This document shows, piece by piece, positions 1-9,672 of a stretch of DNA of 20,000 nt. The number at the start of each line of letters is the position of its first letter. The stretch's first letter is position 1. The DNA is taken from the NCBI GenBank assembly GCA_022813865.1, contig JALDZX010000055.1, positions 116,871 to 136,870 of the forward strand. The letters run 5' to 3'. The position numbers and the translations under genes were made by a program. This stretch comes from Xylographa opegraphella. Its lineage: Eukaryota. Under the pieces are notes generated by a model. That model was not told the origin of the DNA and did no database searches. It was given only the letters and a program-made list of their open reading frames with translations.

Positions 1-618
1 CTTGACTGTCGGTCAGGAAGGCATAGCTTCCGAGATCGTTGGTTCCAATCCACATGACATAGACGGCATTGTTGGCAGTCAACGCGGGGGTGAAGAGCGG
101 CTTGCCAGTGGCGTTATTCGTGCTGTTGAGATCAGCGATGAAAGCGGGGACCTCGTAGTCGATCACCGAAGGGAAATTGGCATTGATCGTCGACCAGATA
201 CGGGGAGTGATTTCGTTCGAGCACACCGCTCCACTGACGGCGTAGTTGTACAGAGTCATCTGAGGCTCGAATTGGTTGTTCACTTCCGAGCCCGTGTACT
301 GGATCACATAGCGTGGCCAGGTCCGCCCACCACCAGGTGTGCTAAAGCTCTGTACACATTTGTTCTTAGCTTGGGCATAAACCAGATTTGGAGAGGACAG
401 TCGAGTACCTCTGGAAGCAAAGTCCCTGGCGGAGGGGCTGATCCGTTATGTGAACCGAAGTAACCCAGCCGGCTCTCATCGGTGTAGCTGTCCCCGAAGG
501 TTATCAAGCTCGAGAAGCGCTCGACGACCCAGGCATCGCTCGCATTGGCTCGTTTGTGCAGACTCGAACACTCGATTGCGGTGCCCAGGAACAGCGCGGC
601 AAGAAGAGAGGACCACAT
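1..618 (-). CDS. Secreted SGNH/GDSL-like hydrolase (CE16-type acetylesterase), 3' part outside window
   Basis: ATG at 618; signal peptide MWSSLLAALFLGTA plus KR; block I FGDSY. Intron 350-408 (GTACTC...GCTAAG...CAG) joins to SFSTPGGGRTWPRY...NYAVSGAVCSN...WIGTND (blocks II and III). The frame stays open to the window edge. Confidence 0.88.
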
Positions 619-1726
619 CTCGAAATACAGCAGAAAGAGCAGCAGCGGGGGAAAGTGACGAGATGAGAGACTGCAGAAAGGCAGACGACAAGCGGTTCAT
701 TATATGCTAATGCATCCGGGGAAACGGAGAAGCAACGTCATCAGGTACAGCTCCAGCAGGTGTGCCGAAGCTCCTCTCCTCCTCCTCTCCAACGCCAGTA
801 TATCCGGCAATAAAGCTTAAGGTACATTTGGTGAAGAACATGGTTAAATGATACCTAGAGGTACCTTAGCTCCCCCCGGGACGACTAGTATGGAGAGCTG
901 CAGGTATCTCGGTATCTTCCAGCGAGGCGGTCTGTCTCTCCACAGGACTCTGTTCAGCACGGAGGCCATCGAGTGGAAGCTCCGGCCGAAGCATCACAGC
1001 TATTCGGGACATTTCTCGTCGAAGCTCCCGCCGATGGTCAGGAACAGCCTTGGCGTGGACAGACGGTCGACTTCGACTTCGAGCAGGTTTAGCCGGAGAC
1101 CGGCGAGGGGAAATCACGTCATAGCGTCATGTTAAGGCTGGATGTGTGCGTGCCAAGAGAGCTTAGCGAGGTGGGGAAGGACCCCGCGAGATACCCGATG
1201 CAGACTAGCGAGAAGAGGTACAGCTCTACTCGATTCCTCACCTACCTACCTTACGTAGTACAAAAGAGTATTTCCCTCATCGTCCCACTCGCGTTATACT
1301 CGAGCCTTAAGGTATTCACGACTTCTCCATGGCACGGCATCGTGATGGTGTCAATGCCACCTTCTGGCCCAGGATGGAACCCCAGATCCATGCTGTGCTT
1401 CAGCCAATCCTGTCCAATGACCAAACAGCATTAGTCCGTCCCGAGCGCTGTAAATCCGAAACATGAAACATGACAGCCGGAGGAGGGAATGCAACGAGCC
1501 ACGATGTCCGCTGCATCAAAACACATGCTCTCCAATGACAGTGAGCCATTCGTGCAGTAATGCCACCCCTTCATCCTATCATTTCCTCCTTGCACTACTT
1601 TGCTGTCAATTTCCCTCACTGATGCTGCATTGTCCACTTCAGTGAACATGTCTGGTTACCCACAGCTCATATCGGACTCCGATCGCCATTGTCTTGGCTA
1701 CCAAACTCTCAATACTACCGTATACG

Positions 1727-2576
1727 ATGTGGTTCGATCTCTTTGTCTGTGCAACGTTGGTATCCCTCGCGCGCCTCTCCTCGGCTCAAGTTTTCTCGAA
1801 TCTCCCTTCATGTCTTCAGCATTGCGTTGACAAGTATGATTCTCCATGCGGCAAAGCAGACATGAACTGTGAGTGTTCGAGCATTGGGGCGGCCCCGTCC
1901 GGCTGCGAGACTGACACGTCTAGGTCTATGCCGATTAGCTGGCGTAAGCTTCCTTACCAAAGTGGCCCAATGCTTCGAGAACTCTTGCGACGATACAGCA
2001 GATCTCGATTACCTTCTCACTGCTCTGGAGTCTGAGTGCCAGCTCTTGGGTAGCTCTATCCCAAGCGCCGTGATGGCAAGCGCGGAAGCTGTTGCCTCTG
2101 GTTCCAGTCCTTCGAGCGCGGGGACGGAGACAGATAACGGCCCGGGAGCGTCCCTAGCAACCGCAATGGCATCTAGGACTACGCAGACTGTCACGATAAC
2201 AGAAACAAACAGTTCGGGGCAAGTGACAGCCGTCGAGGTGCCTGAAGTCTTTGATGGGACGACAACTAGGATCGGTGACCTCTCGACCATGGGCTCGATG
2301 ATGGTTAGTACTTCAGGAAGTCTGACGCTTGCCCCGCCAACATCGTTCGCTTTATCGGCCACATTCGCCGACACAACTCTGGAGCCGTCAAGCTTAGCTT
2401 CTTTGTCACTCGGCGCGTTGTCAACAGCAAGTACGAGTACGTCGAGTGCTGCCGCTGCGGCGCCAAGCGAAGGGAACGGCTCGCTCTTCACATCACAGAA
2501 CGCCGCGAGGCAGGAAAGAGCCAGTGCACTCCTAGGGCTGACACTTGGCCTCGTGGCCGGAATTGTGTGGGTTTGA
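1727..2576 (+). CDS. GPI-anchored CFEM-domain cell-surface protein (~264 aa)
   Basis: Exons 1727-1868 and 1924-2576 (intron GTGAGT...CTGAC...TAG). Signal peptide; 8-Cys CFEM pattern LPSCLQHC...PCGKADMNCLC...QCFENSC...EC; Ser/Thr-rich stalk; C-terminal NAA plus hydrophobic tail ALLGLTLGLVAGIVWV (GPI signal). Confidence 0.88.
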
Positions 2577-3029
2577 GTCACTGGTTGTACAAAAAGGAGG
2601 GTACTCTTCGATGGGGCCGTACTGTAGACAAGGAATCTGATCAGATGAGCAACGATCCTGAATTTAGATACCCAATGATATCTTTCACTTCCAGTTCCTA
2701 TTAGTTATCTTGCGTAAACGACGAAGACAAATGTGGACAACAATTGATCGCAACACTTGTCATCGCCTTTGCTCCAGTCAACCGTGTTTAGTACCTATCA
2801 AGCAGCTAAATAGTGGGTCGACCATTCATCCGGCCGCGAGGGGCAGATCTCCCGATGTAGCCTCTTCTGCCCCGCATCACCATCCAGCAATTACGATATG
2901 GGCCAAACACCGGTAGGACGACCTCGCCGGCGCCAATCATGGGCGACCTTTGTTTTCGAGTGCGACCGGTGATGCAAGTCCTCGATTTTATGCTCACCAG
3001 CCAGAACTTGCCTCCCAACATTGGACAAC

Positions 3030-3933
3030 ATGTCTCAGCTGAAAGGAAACAAAGCGATCAGCATCCTGGATGCTGCGGCCAAGGGAAAGTATGGAGTGCC
3101 GGCAGTGGTCGTGGTGAGTTCTGGCGGTTGAATATTCCTTCTATCCTGATGTGCGTCCACAGTATAACATGGAGGCCATTATCGCCACCGTGCGAGCGGC
3201 GGAAGCCAAACGCTCGCCAGCGATGCTGCTGTTGTTCCCATGGGCTCAAACATACTCGTCCACATGCCTAGCTGCGCTTTGCGCACACGCTGCCCGAAGC
3301 GCCAAGGTGCCCATCACCCTACACCTGGATCATGCCCAAGATCCGCAAGCCATCCGCGAGGCGGCTGACATGGGCTTCTACGACAGTATCATGGTGGACA
3401 TGTCTCACCATGAGAAGGCGGACAATTTGCGGTTGACCAAGGAGCTGGTGGCGTACTGCCATGAGCGAGGTATCGCTACAGAAGCGGAGCCTGGTCGGAT
3501 TGAGGGTGGAGAGGACGGAATCTCCGACACAGCGGACCTCGCAGGTCTCCTCACATCCCCCGAAGAAGCACGCGAGTTCGTGGACACCGGCATCACCTGG
3601 CTTGCTCCCGCTTTCGGGAACGTGCATGGCAACTACGGCAGCCGGGGGATCCAGCTGGAATACGAACGGCTCGATGCTATCAACAAAGAGGTGGGAGACG
3701 AGACTCGGCTGGTGTTGCACGGGACCGACGGGTTTGACGAAGACATCTTCAAGCGTTGCATCCAGCATGGGATCACCAAGGTGAATGTCAACAAGTCCGT
3801 CAACCGCTGCTATATGGACATGCAGAAAGAGGGCAAGCTGGGCTTGACACAGTTGATCGAGCAAGGCACGAAAGCGATGCAGGAGAAGGTCGAGAACATA
3901 ATGGACCAGCTTGGCTCCACTGGCAAAGCGTAG
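3030..3933 (+). CDS. Class II (Zn) ketose-(bis)phosphate aldolase family protein (~284 aa), bacterial class IIB-like paralog rather than the glycolytic Fba1
   Basis: Exons 3030-3113 and 3163-3933 (intron GTGAGT...CTGAT...CAG). Motifs YGVPA..YN, LHLDH, DSIMVDMSH, EAEPGRIEGGEDG, AFGNVHG, LVLHG, KVNVN, and the C-terminal GSTGKA. Confidence 0.92.
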
Positions 3934-4243
3934 ATAATCATGCAACTTGGATGACTGCGCAATGGACCAAAGCTTGTTTGACTCCAGTCAGACATTGGCG
4001 TGTTCTTCGGAACAAGTGACTTGGGCATTACCTCGCAAATACCCCACCGGAAGAGCCGGTTCATGTATATAGTGTAGATAGTGGGGTTACTGACCCCACC
4101 ATCTACTCGTCTTCTTTCTCTTCATCCCAACTCTCTATTCTCACAACTCCTTTCAGGCATCATATTTCTGTCCATCGGGTCAAAGAAACTGCCGTTCTTA
4201 TTCACGTGTATCGTCCCATCCCCCAAGAAGACCAACTTGAACG

Positions 4244-4433
4244 GTATGGCTGCCATGTTGGCATCAGCTGTCTTTCCGGGGGTCTTATTCCACGATCAAG
4301 GTATTTATCAAATAGCATACGGGTGTTCATTGCTGTTTCGGCAGCTTTGATCTGAGATTATACCGTTGAACTTGATCTGGATAATTCCAGCGAAAGGACT
4401 TGCTTCATCCTTCCCCTAACCCTCTCCGTTCAG
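4244..4433 (+). other. Alternatively spliced 5'-UTR intron of nmt1 with two 5' splice sites and uORF(s)
   Basis: Donor 1 GTATGG at 4244, donor 2 AAG|GTATTT at 4301, branch CTAAC 4416-4420, acceptor CAG 4431-4433. In-frame uATGs at 4246 and 4255 lie between the donors. Splicing at donor 2 leaves uORF MAAMLASAVFPGVLFHDQD*. Same layout as the described Neurospora crassa NMT1 riboswitch intron. Confidence 0.8.
4314..4404 (+). ncRNA. TPP (thiamine pyrophosphate) riboswitch aptamer
   Basis: Conserved core GGGTG...CTGAGATTATACC...GAACTTGATCTGGATAATTCCAGCGAAAGG. P1 AGCA/TGCT, P2 ACGG/CCGT, P3 capped by GCTGT-TTCG-GCAGC, P5 CTGGA/TCCAG. Lies in an intron just upstream of a THI5/NMT1 gene. Confidence 0.96.
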
Positions 4434-4464
4434 ACTAATGATCTAGCAGCAACGTGGAACAATC

Positions 4465-5785
4465 ATGTCGACTGACAAGATCACATTTTTGACCAATTGG
4501 TGGGCTATGGTGTAGTTTGTCTTGTTATAGTGCACTAAATTGATAAAGGCATGCTACGCCATACCACGCTCCACTTTATCTTGCTCAGCACAAAGGATAT
4601 TTTGCCGAGGAGGGTATCAAAGTCGCTCTTCTCGAGCCCAATGACCCGAGCGTGAGTGTGACAGCGTGGAACGCCTGTCAAATACTGTGCTTAAACATCT
4701 CTCCAGGATGTTACCGAGATAATTGGGAGCGGAAAGGTTGATCTCGGCTTCAAAGCTATGATTCATACCTTAGCGGTCAGTCGTTGCTGGTAGATCATAT
4801 ATCTCAATAGCCGCTGAATAGTATCCTAGGCCAAAGCTCGCAACTTCCCTGTCACTTCGATCGGTTCTCTTCTCGACGAGCCCTTCACCGGAGTCGTCTA
4901 TTTAAAGGACAGCGGCATCACGACTGACTTCCATTCTCTCAAGGGCAAGCGAATCGGCTACGTTGGGGAGTTCGGCAAGATTCAGATCGATGAATTGACC
5001 AGCCACTATGGGATGACCCCCGATGAGTATACCGCCATCCGATGCGGTATGAACGTCTCGAAGGCCATCATCAACGGCGAGATCGATGCCGGCATTGGCT
5101 TGGAGAATGTACAAATGGTTGAGCTGGAAGAGTGGTTGGCTGGGCAGGGCCGACCCAAGGATGACGTTCAGATGCTCCGTATCGACGAACTCGCAGAACT
5201 CGGTTGCTGCTGCTTCTGTTCGATTCTCTATATTGGTGAGATATCATTCCCAGGCGTTCTGTATACAACAGAACATGCTCTAAAGAGACACTATTCACAC
5301 CATCTGTAGGCAACGACAAGTTCATTGCAGAGAATCCCGAGAGAGTGACCAAGTTCATGCGAGCATGTAAGAAGGCTACCGACTATGTGCTCGCCGAGCC
5401 AGAAAAGGCCTTGGCCGATTACATCGACATGAAGCCCATTATGGGAACAACTCTGAACAGGAAGATCTTCGAGCGCTCGTATGCTTATTTTTCGAAGGAT
5501 TTGCAGAACGTCAAGCGTGACTGGGTATGTTCAATTCAACGACGTAATTGAGCCTCATCTGACACTGCTCAGCAAAAAGTTACAAAGTACGGCAAGCGTC
5601 TGGGTGTTCTCAACGAGAGTTTCGAGCCCAATTATACCAACGAGTTCCTTACCTGGAGCCTGGATGGTGAATCTCCCGACCCAAACGGCGACCAGAAACG
5701 TATGGTGCAGCTGCAGGCAGAGGTCGCCACCCAGGGTGGCTTTCACCGTCTCCAGGCGTCTCATGCCCAGACTGTTTCCGCTTAG
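4465..5785 (+). CDS. nmt1: 4-amino-5-hydroxymethyl-2-methylpyrimidine phosphate (HMP-P) synthase, THI5/NMT1 (~346 aa)
   Basis: Exons 4465-4499, 4549-4651, 4707-4775, 4830-5235, 5310-5524, 5573-5785 (total 1041 nt, in frame). [27 protein letters not shown] (PLP Lys and substrate His), [11 protein letters not shown] motif. Confidence 0.98.
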
Positions 5786-6368
5786 AATTGGCGGCCATTA
5801 ACATGGGCACTGAAAGCGGTGTGACGGGGATGAAAGATTTTCTTTCGCTGTCGGTGAAGCATGGTATCATTGGCTGTACATTCACTCATAGATAGACATC
5901 TATATTAGCCGGCCATTTATGAAATTGTAGCACAAGAATGATGACCTATATCCACAATTGAGTTTACGTCCACACGAAAGCGAGGAACATCGCTCTCGCC
6001 GACAAGTCAGAGGGAAACTATTCCAGCTACCTCGTCACAACATACTCTGGCCTCGGGCTATCCCACTCTGGAATTCCACCACAAGGAAGAGTGCCTGGCC
6101 CCCTCCAACGGAAAATGGACGATGCCGTTCTAAAATATCCAATATCTCTAGGTGACGGGCTCCTGGTTGAATGCCTGATTGCCTCCGGTGCCCGGTACAG
6201 ACCTTCGACCGATCCCGTCCGTCTCCACTAGTATATTTCGAGACTAGCGCTTGTTCGTGGGCCATCGGTGCATCGGAGTCCTAATTGGCGGAGCACGAGG
6301 CAAAAGTGTAGTCACTCTCTCCCATTGCTCAATAATCGTAGCGGACGCTCTCATTCTCGATTTCGCAA

Positions 6369-6777
6369 ATGCGTCACACCCTCTCTTTGCTACAACACTC
6401 GGCACGTCTGACGCTGTTCACGCGTGCCAATTGCTCGCTCTGCTCGTCTGCAAAGACCGTGCTTGAGAGTCTAGGGAAACGGCGCAGCTTCGAGTACAAT
6501 GAAGTTGACGTGATGGCTGAAGGGCAGAAGGAGTGGAAAGACATGTACGAGTTTGATGTGCCCGTGGTAGGTGAATCTTGACCCTGGATACTGAGAGGAT
6601 GAGTGGGTGCCAGGAGGTCGCTGTGCTGATCTTTTGCAATTCCTTCAGGTTCATGTGCAGCGGGTCTTCCATACTTATTCGAAGCCAAACATTGTTACAG
6701 AAGCACGAAAGCTGATGCACCGCTTTCAAGAGGAGGAAGTGGAGGCCCTGATTGATGAGGCCGAAGGACACACCTGA
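6369..6777 (+). CDS. Small glutaredoxin-like protein (DUF836 / YDR286C-like), probably mitochondrial (~108 aa)
   Basis: Exons 6369-6566 and 6649-6777 (intron GTAGGT...CTGAT...CAG). LTLFTRANCSLC (CxxC), Y-E-F-D-V-P-V-V-H, KLMHRF; short basic N-terminus. Confidence 0.88.
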
Positions 6778-6895
6778 GAGAACATTGATGGTTGTTACTA
6801 CGTGGGAGTCCCCCTCCCGCTGACCACGCCATATGATCTGGATCAACGCTTCGGATCCGCTACGCCAGGCTTGTACTGCTTAACAGCATGGCTAT

Positions 6896-7955
6896 CTACC
6901 TTCCATAAGGGCCAGTCATCTTTGCTGCAGCCCCTTTCGCGATATTTAGAGCGGAGTGGACATATGAGCCTTTTGCGGTTGTTAATGCGGAGGTCAAATA
7001 GGTTGGGAGAGCGATCATGTCGGCAGCAACAGAGACCTTGAAAAGGGTCAGTAAAGTACCACACAATGAGCTGCAACGGTTACCATGTGAAATCCCTGAT
7101 CCGCATAATGTCTGGCCTGGTCCCCCGACGTGCAGTATATACCAGTGCTTTTGTTATGCTCCTTGGCCGAGCGTTGGATCGTGGCAATAGCCTCGTGCAA
7201 CTCATCGTCCATTTTCCCGTCTATTATGGGATGTCCGATATTGTTACCCAGGTCAAAAGGACCAATGAAGAGGCAATCGACGGCCGTTTGCGCAATGGCA
7301 TCAATCTAAGCAGACAAGAAATCAACATGGTGTCAGGATAATGATCATGGACTAGTCTTCAGCCTACGTTCTGTAAAGCCTCCTTCGTCTCAATCTGCAC
7401 AATTGTGAGTAAGGCGTCGTTGGCTTGGTGCAGATATTCGGTGGTTGTTTCAATCCCAAACTTATCCATCGGAAACGGGGATCCAAATCCTCTTTGACCT
7501 TGTGGGGGGAATTTGGCAGATTTGAGAAGTTTGATTGTGTCGTTGGCAGTATATATGAGGGGGACTATGATGCCGTGCGCTCCAGAATCAAGAGCTCCTT
7601 GGTGTCTCAGTCAGCTTCCAGATCCTGTCGTTGCAGGTTTACACCTTACTCTTCACCATCCATCCTTCATTGGCTGGAATTCTGACGATGGGACTGACAC
7701 CACATCCAGCAATTGCTGCCACAGCTTCATGCATCGCGGCATCTGATAAGGAATTGATTCAGTTTCTCAAATTAGGGTAACAGCGAGCACGCGTATACCA
7801 TCAATGTTACCATGCTCGGTGTCCACGCATATCCAATCAAATCCACATCTTGCTATCGTTCGGGAGTGGTTGCTCCCAGGAAGCATCTGCCATGCGCCGA
7901 AAGTCAAACCAGAGCCTGTGCGTAGAGCTTTCTGCAATCGATTGGCGGCCTGCAT
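6896..7955 (-). CDS. HpcH/HpaI family pyruvate aldolase (~280 aa)
   Basis: Exons 7955-7799, 7742-7650, 7597-7368, 7305-7084, 7036-6896 (843 nt, in frame). Motifs GFDWICVDTEHG, PIVR, RALDSGAHGIIVP, KFPPQGQRGFG, IVQIETKEAL, LFIGPFDL. Confidence 0.94.
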
Positions 7956-8416
7956 GGCTGTCCGTCAAGTTTAGGGGAATGATAGACTGCTCTGAGGGAA
8001 TCTTCAGTTTGTCTATCAATTGGCCATTCATTGCGGCGTGCCGGATGAATGTTTGCGGGGTGTTTCGTTGACATTATGCCATGACGCAGGAACCCCCACC
8101 ATCAGCACGCCGAACTCGGCCCTATATAAAACAGGCATTTATAGAGCTAGTCTCGAGTACAGTACTAGATATTTATCTTCCATTCGATAATACTCAAAAC
8201 TATACCAGCCTCGCCAAATATAAAGTATTGTAAAGAAGAAACGATAGCAACATCCTCCGTCAACTCCTTTGCGAGCGCCCTTTCAAACAATGCAACATGG
8301 AAAATAACTGCATAGCTCTCATGTTGGTTGGACCACACCATTGTGCGATCCTCCTTGGGTATTTTTCCTCGTGTAGCTAGAGTGACAGGTCGTGCTCGTT
8401 TGAGTTTCATGCTGTC

Positions 8417-9343
8417 TTAATGAGTGGATTGGTGCACGGGTGGCTCAATGAGTGTTGGTCTTTGAAGAGAAACCCGCTGATCCTCCAGAGGTGTTCCCCG
8501 TCCCGAAATGTATGGTGCGAATATTTCTCCGGGTTGATTCGACGGCTCGTAGGATGACTGCGAGTCCCACGAGGACGATACATGCCAGGAGAGCGCTGCA
8601 TATGGAATTGATCGAACCTCTTCCGACTGCGAAAACGAGCCCCGTCCGTGAAACTCTGGCAGCACGCGTTGGCACCACAGACAGATCTGACGGCACATCT
8701 CCCGCGATCCCTTCTCTAGCCCACATCCATCGCATTTCTTTAATTTTCTTTTCAAATCAGAATTTTGTTTCTCCTTGCATGTCCGACATAAGATTCCCTG
8801 TTTTGCTGTACACACACATAATCCTATGGCACCATAATCTATCGTTGAAGGGCTCGTGCTGTCATGCTGCAGACGCCGTGCTCGAGGATAACGAACCAGC
8901 CAGCATTTCCGACATAGGTTCCGCCGTCGATTTCCGAAGGTATTCTCGGATTTTCCAAATGACTGCTTTACGACGCAAGCCTCGCACACAAGCAGAGCGC
9001 ATAAACGACATGGCTTCGGGTTCTTGCCTCTGGTGTGACCAGTCTCAGAACAACTGTCGATAGATAATGACTTGAGCCGACGCCACAGATCTGTTTCATG
9101 ACAAACAAGATATGAAGGCGTTATCTTTGGGTAATCAGTCTCAGCCACTGGTGAGCCATGCAAGGCTTCATAGTAATGTGAGCTCGTATGTGCTAAGGAC
9201 TGTATGCTTTTCAACGTCAGGAAGGACGCGATGCTCTCAACAACAGGGTACAGAAGAATCAGGTCAAGCAGTGATGGCGCACTTGTACAACTGGAAGGAG
9301 CGTAGATGCGCCTATGTTCAGCATTTTGGGTGGAGGTTACCAT
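8417..9343 (-). CDS. Hypothetical protein with N-terminal F-box-like motif and multi-CxxC (putative Zn-binding) region
   Basis: Single long ORF (first ATG 9343; start uncertain). LLDLILLYPVVESIASFLTLKSIQSLAHTS resembles an F-box. It is followed by CRLC, CEAC, CRKC, CVC, CRTC, CDGC, CLWC. Confidence 0.65.
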   Translation of the reverse strand: MVTSTQNAEHRRIYAPSSCTSAPSLLDLILLYPVVESIASFLTLKSIQSLAHTSSHYYEALHGSPVAETDYPKITPSYLVCHETDLWRRLKSLSIDSCSETGHTRGKNPKPCRLCALLVCEACVVKQSFGKSENTFGNRRRNLCRKCWLVRYPRARRLQHDSTSPSTIDYGAIGLCVCTAKQGILCRTCKEKQNSDLKRKLKKCDGCGLEKGSREMCRQICLWCQRVLPEFHGRGSFSQSEEVRSIPYAALSWHVSSSWDSQSSYEPSNQPGEIFAPYISGRGTPLEDQRVSLQRPTLIEPPVHQSTH

Positions 9344-9672
9344 TTGGTTTGCTTGGGGCTTGTTCGAGGACAATGAATTCTCAAATAGCTCCTAACACTC
9401 ATATGATAAAGTAGACCCTGTGTGAAAGAAGCGGGATAGGAGGAATCACTGAGGGTTCTAAGATCAGACCGAAGGCTATCTCAAAGTGGTGTAGAAAGCT
9501 ATTAATAAGCCATGGATTGCCTTCAGGCTGACTGGAAGATCGCTCTGGGTATATATTCTGCCGTTCCAAATTTCACCGCTTTAGGCCCTCGGAACACGTC
9601 GAAATCAACCAGATTGCGACAAATACGACTTGGTCCCCCATTTAGCAATCGATCTGCGTAGCTCTCTAGAAG

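Noticed and set aside
848..1650. Short ORFs between the esterase and CFEM genes
   Set aside because: No recognisable motifs or coherent exon structure; most likely divergent promoter DNA.
6238..8156. Shared 10-mer CTAGTCTCGA upstream of the glutaredoxin-like and HpcH genes
   Set aside because: Exact 10-mer matches are expected many times by chance in 20 kb; no other support.
9500..9672. Heat-shock element upstream of the CHORD gene
   Set aside because: Only a degenerate cTCtaGAA; no three contiguous inverted nGAAn units.
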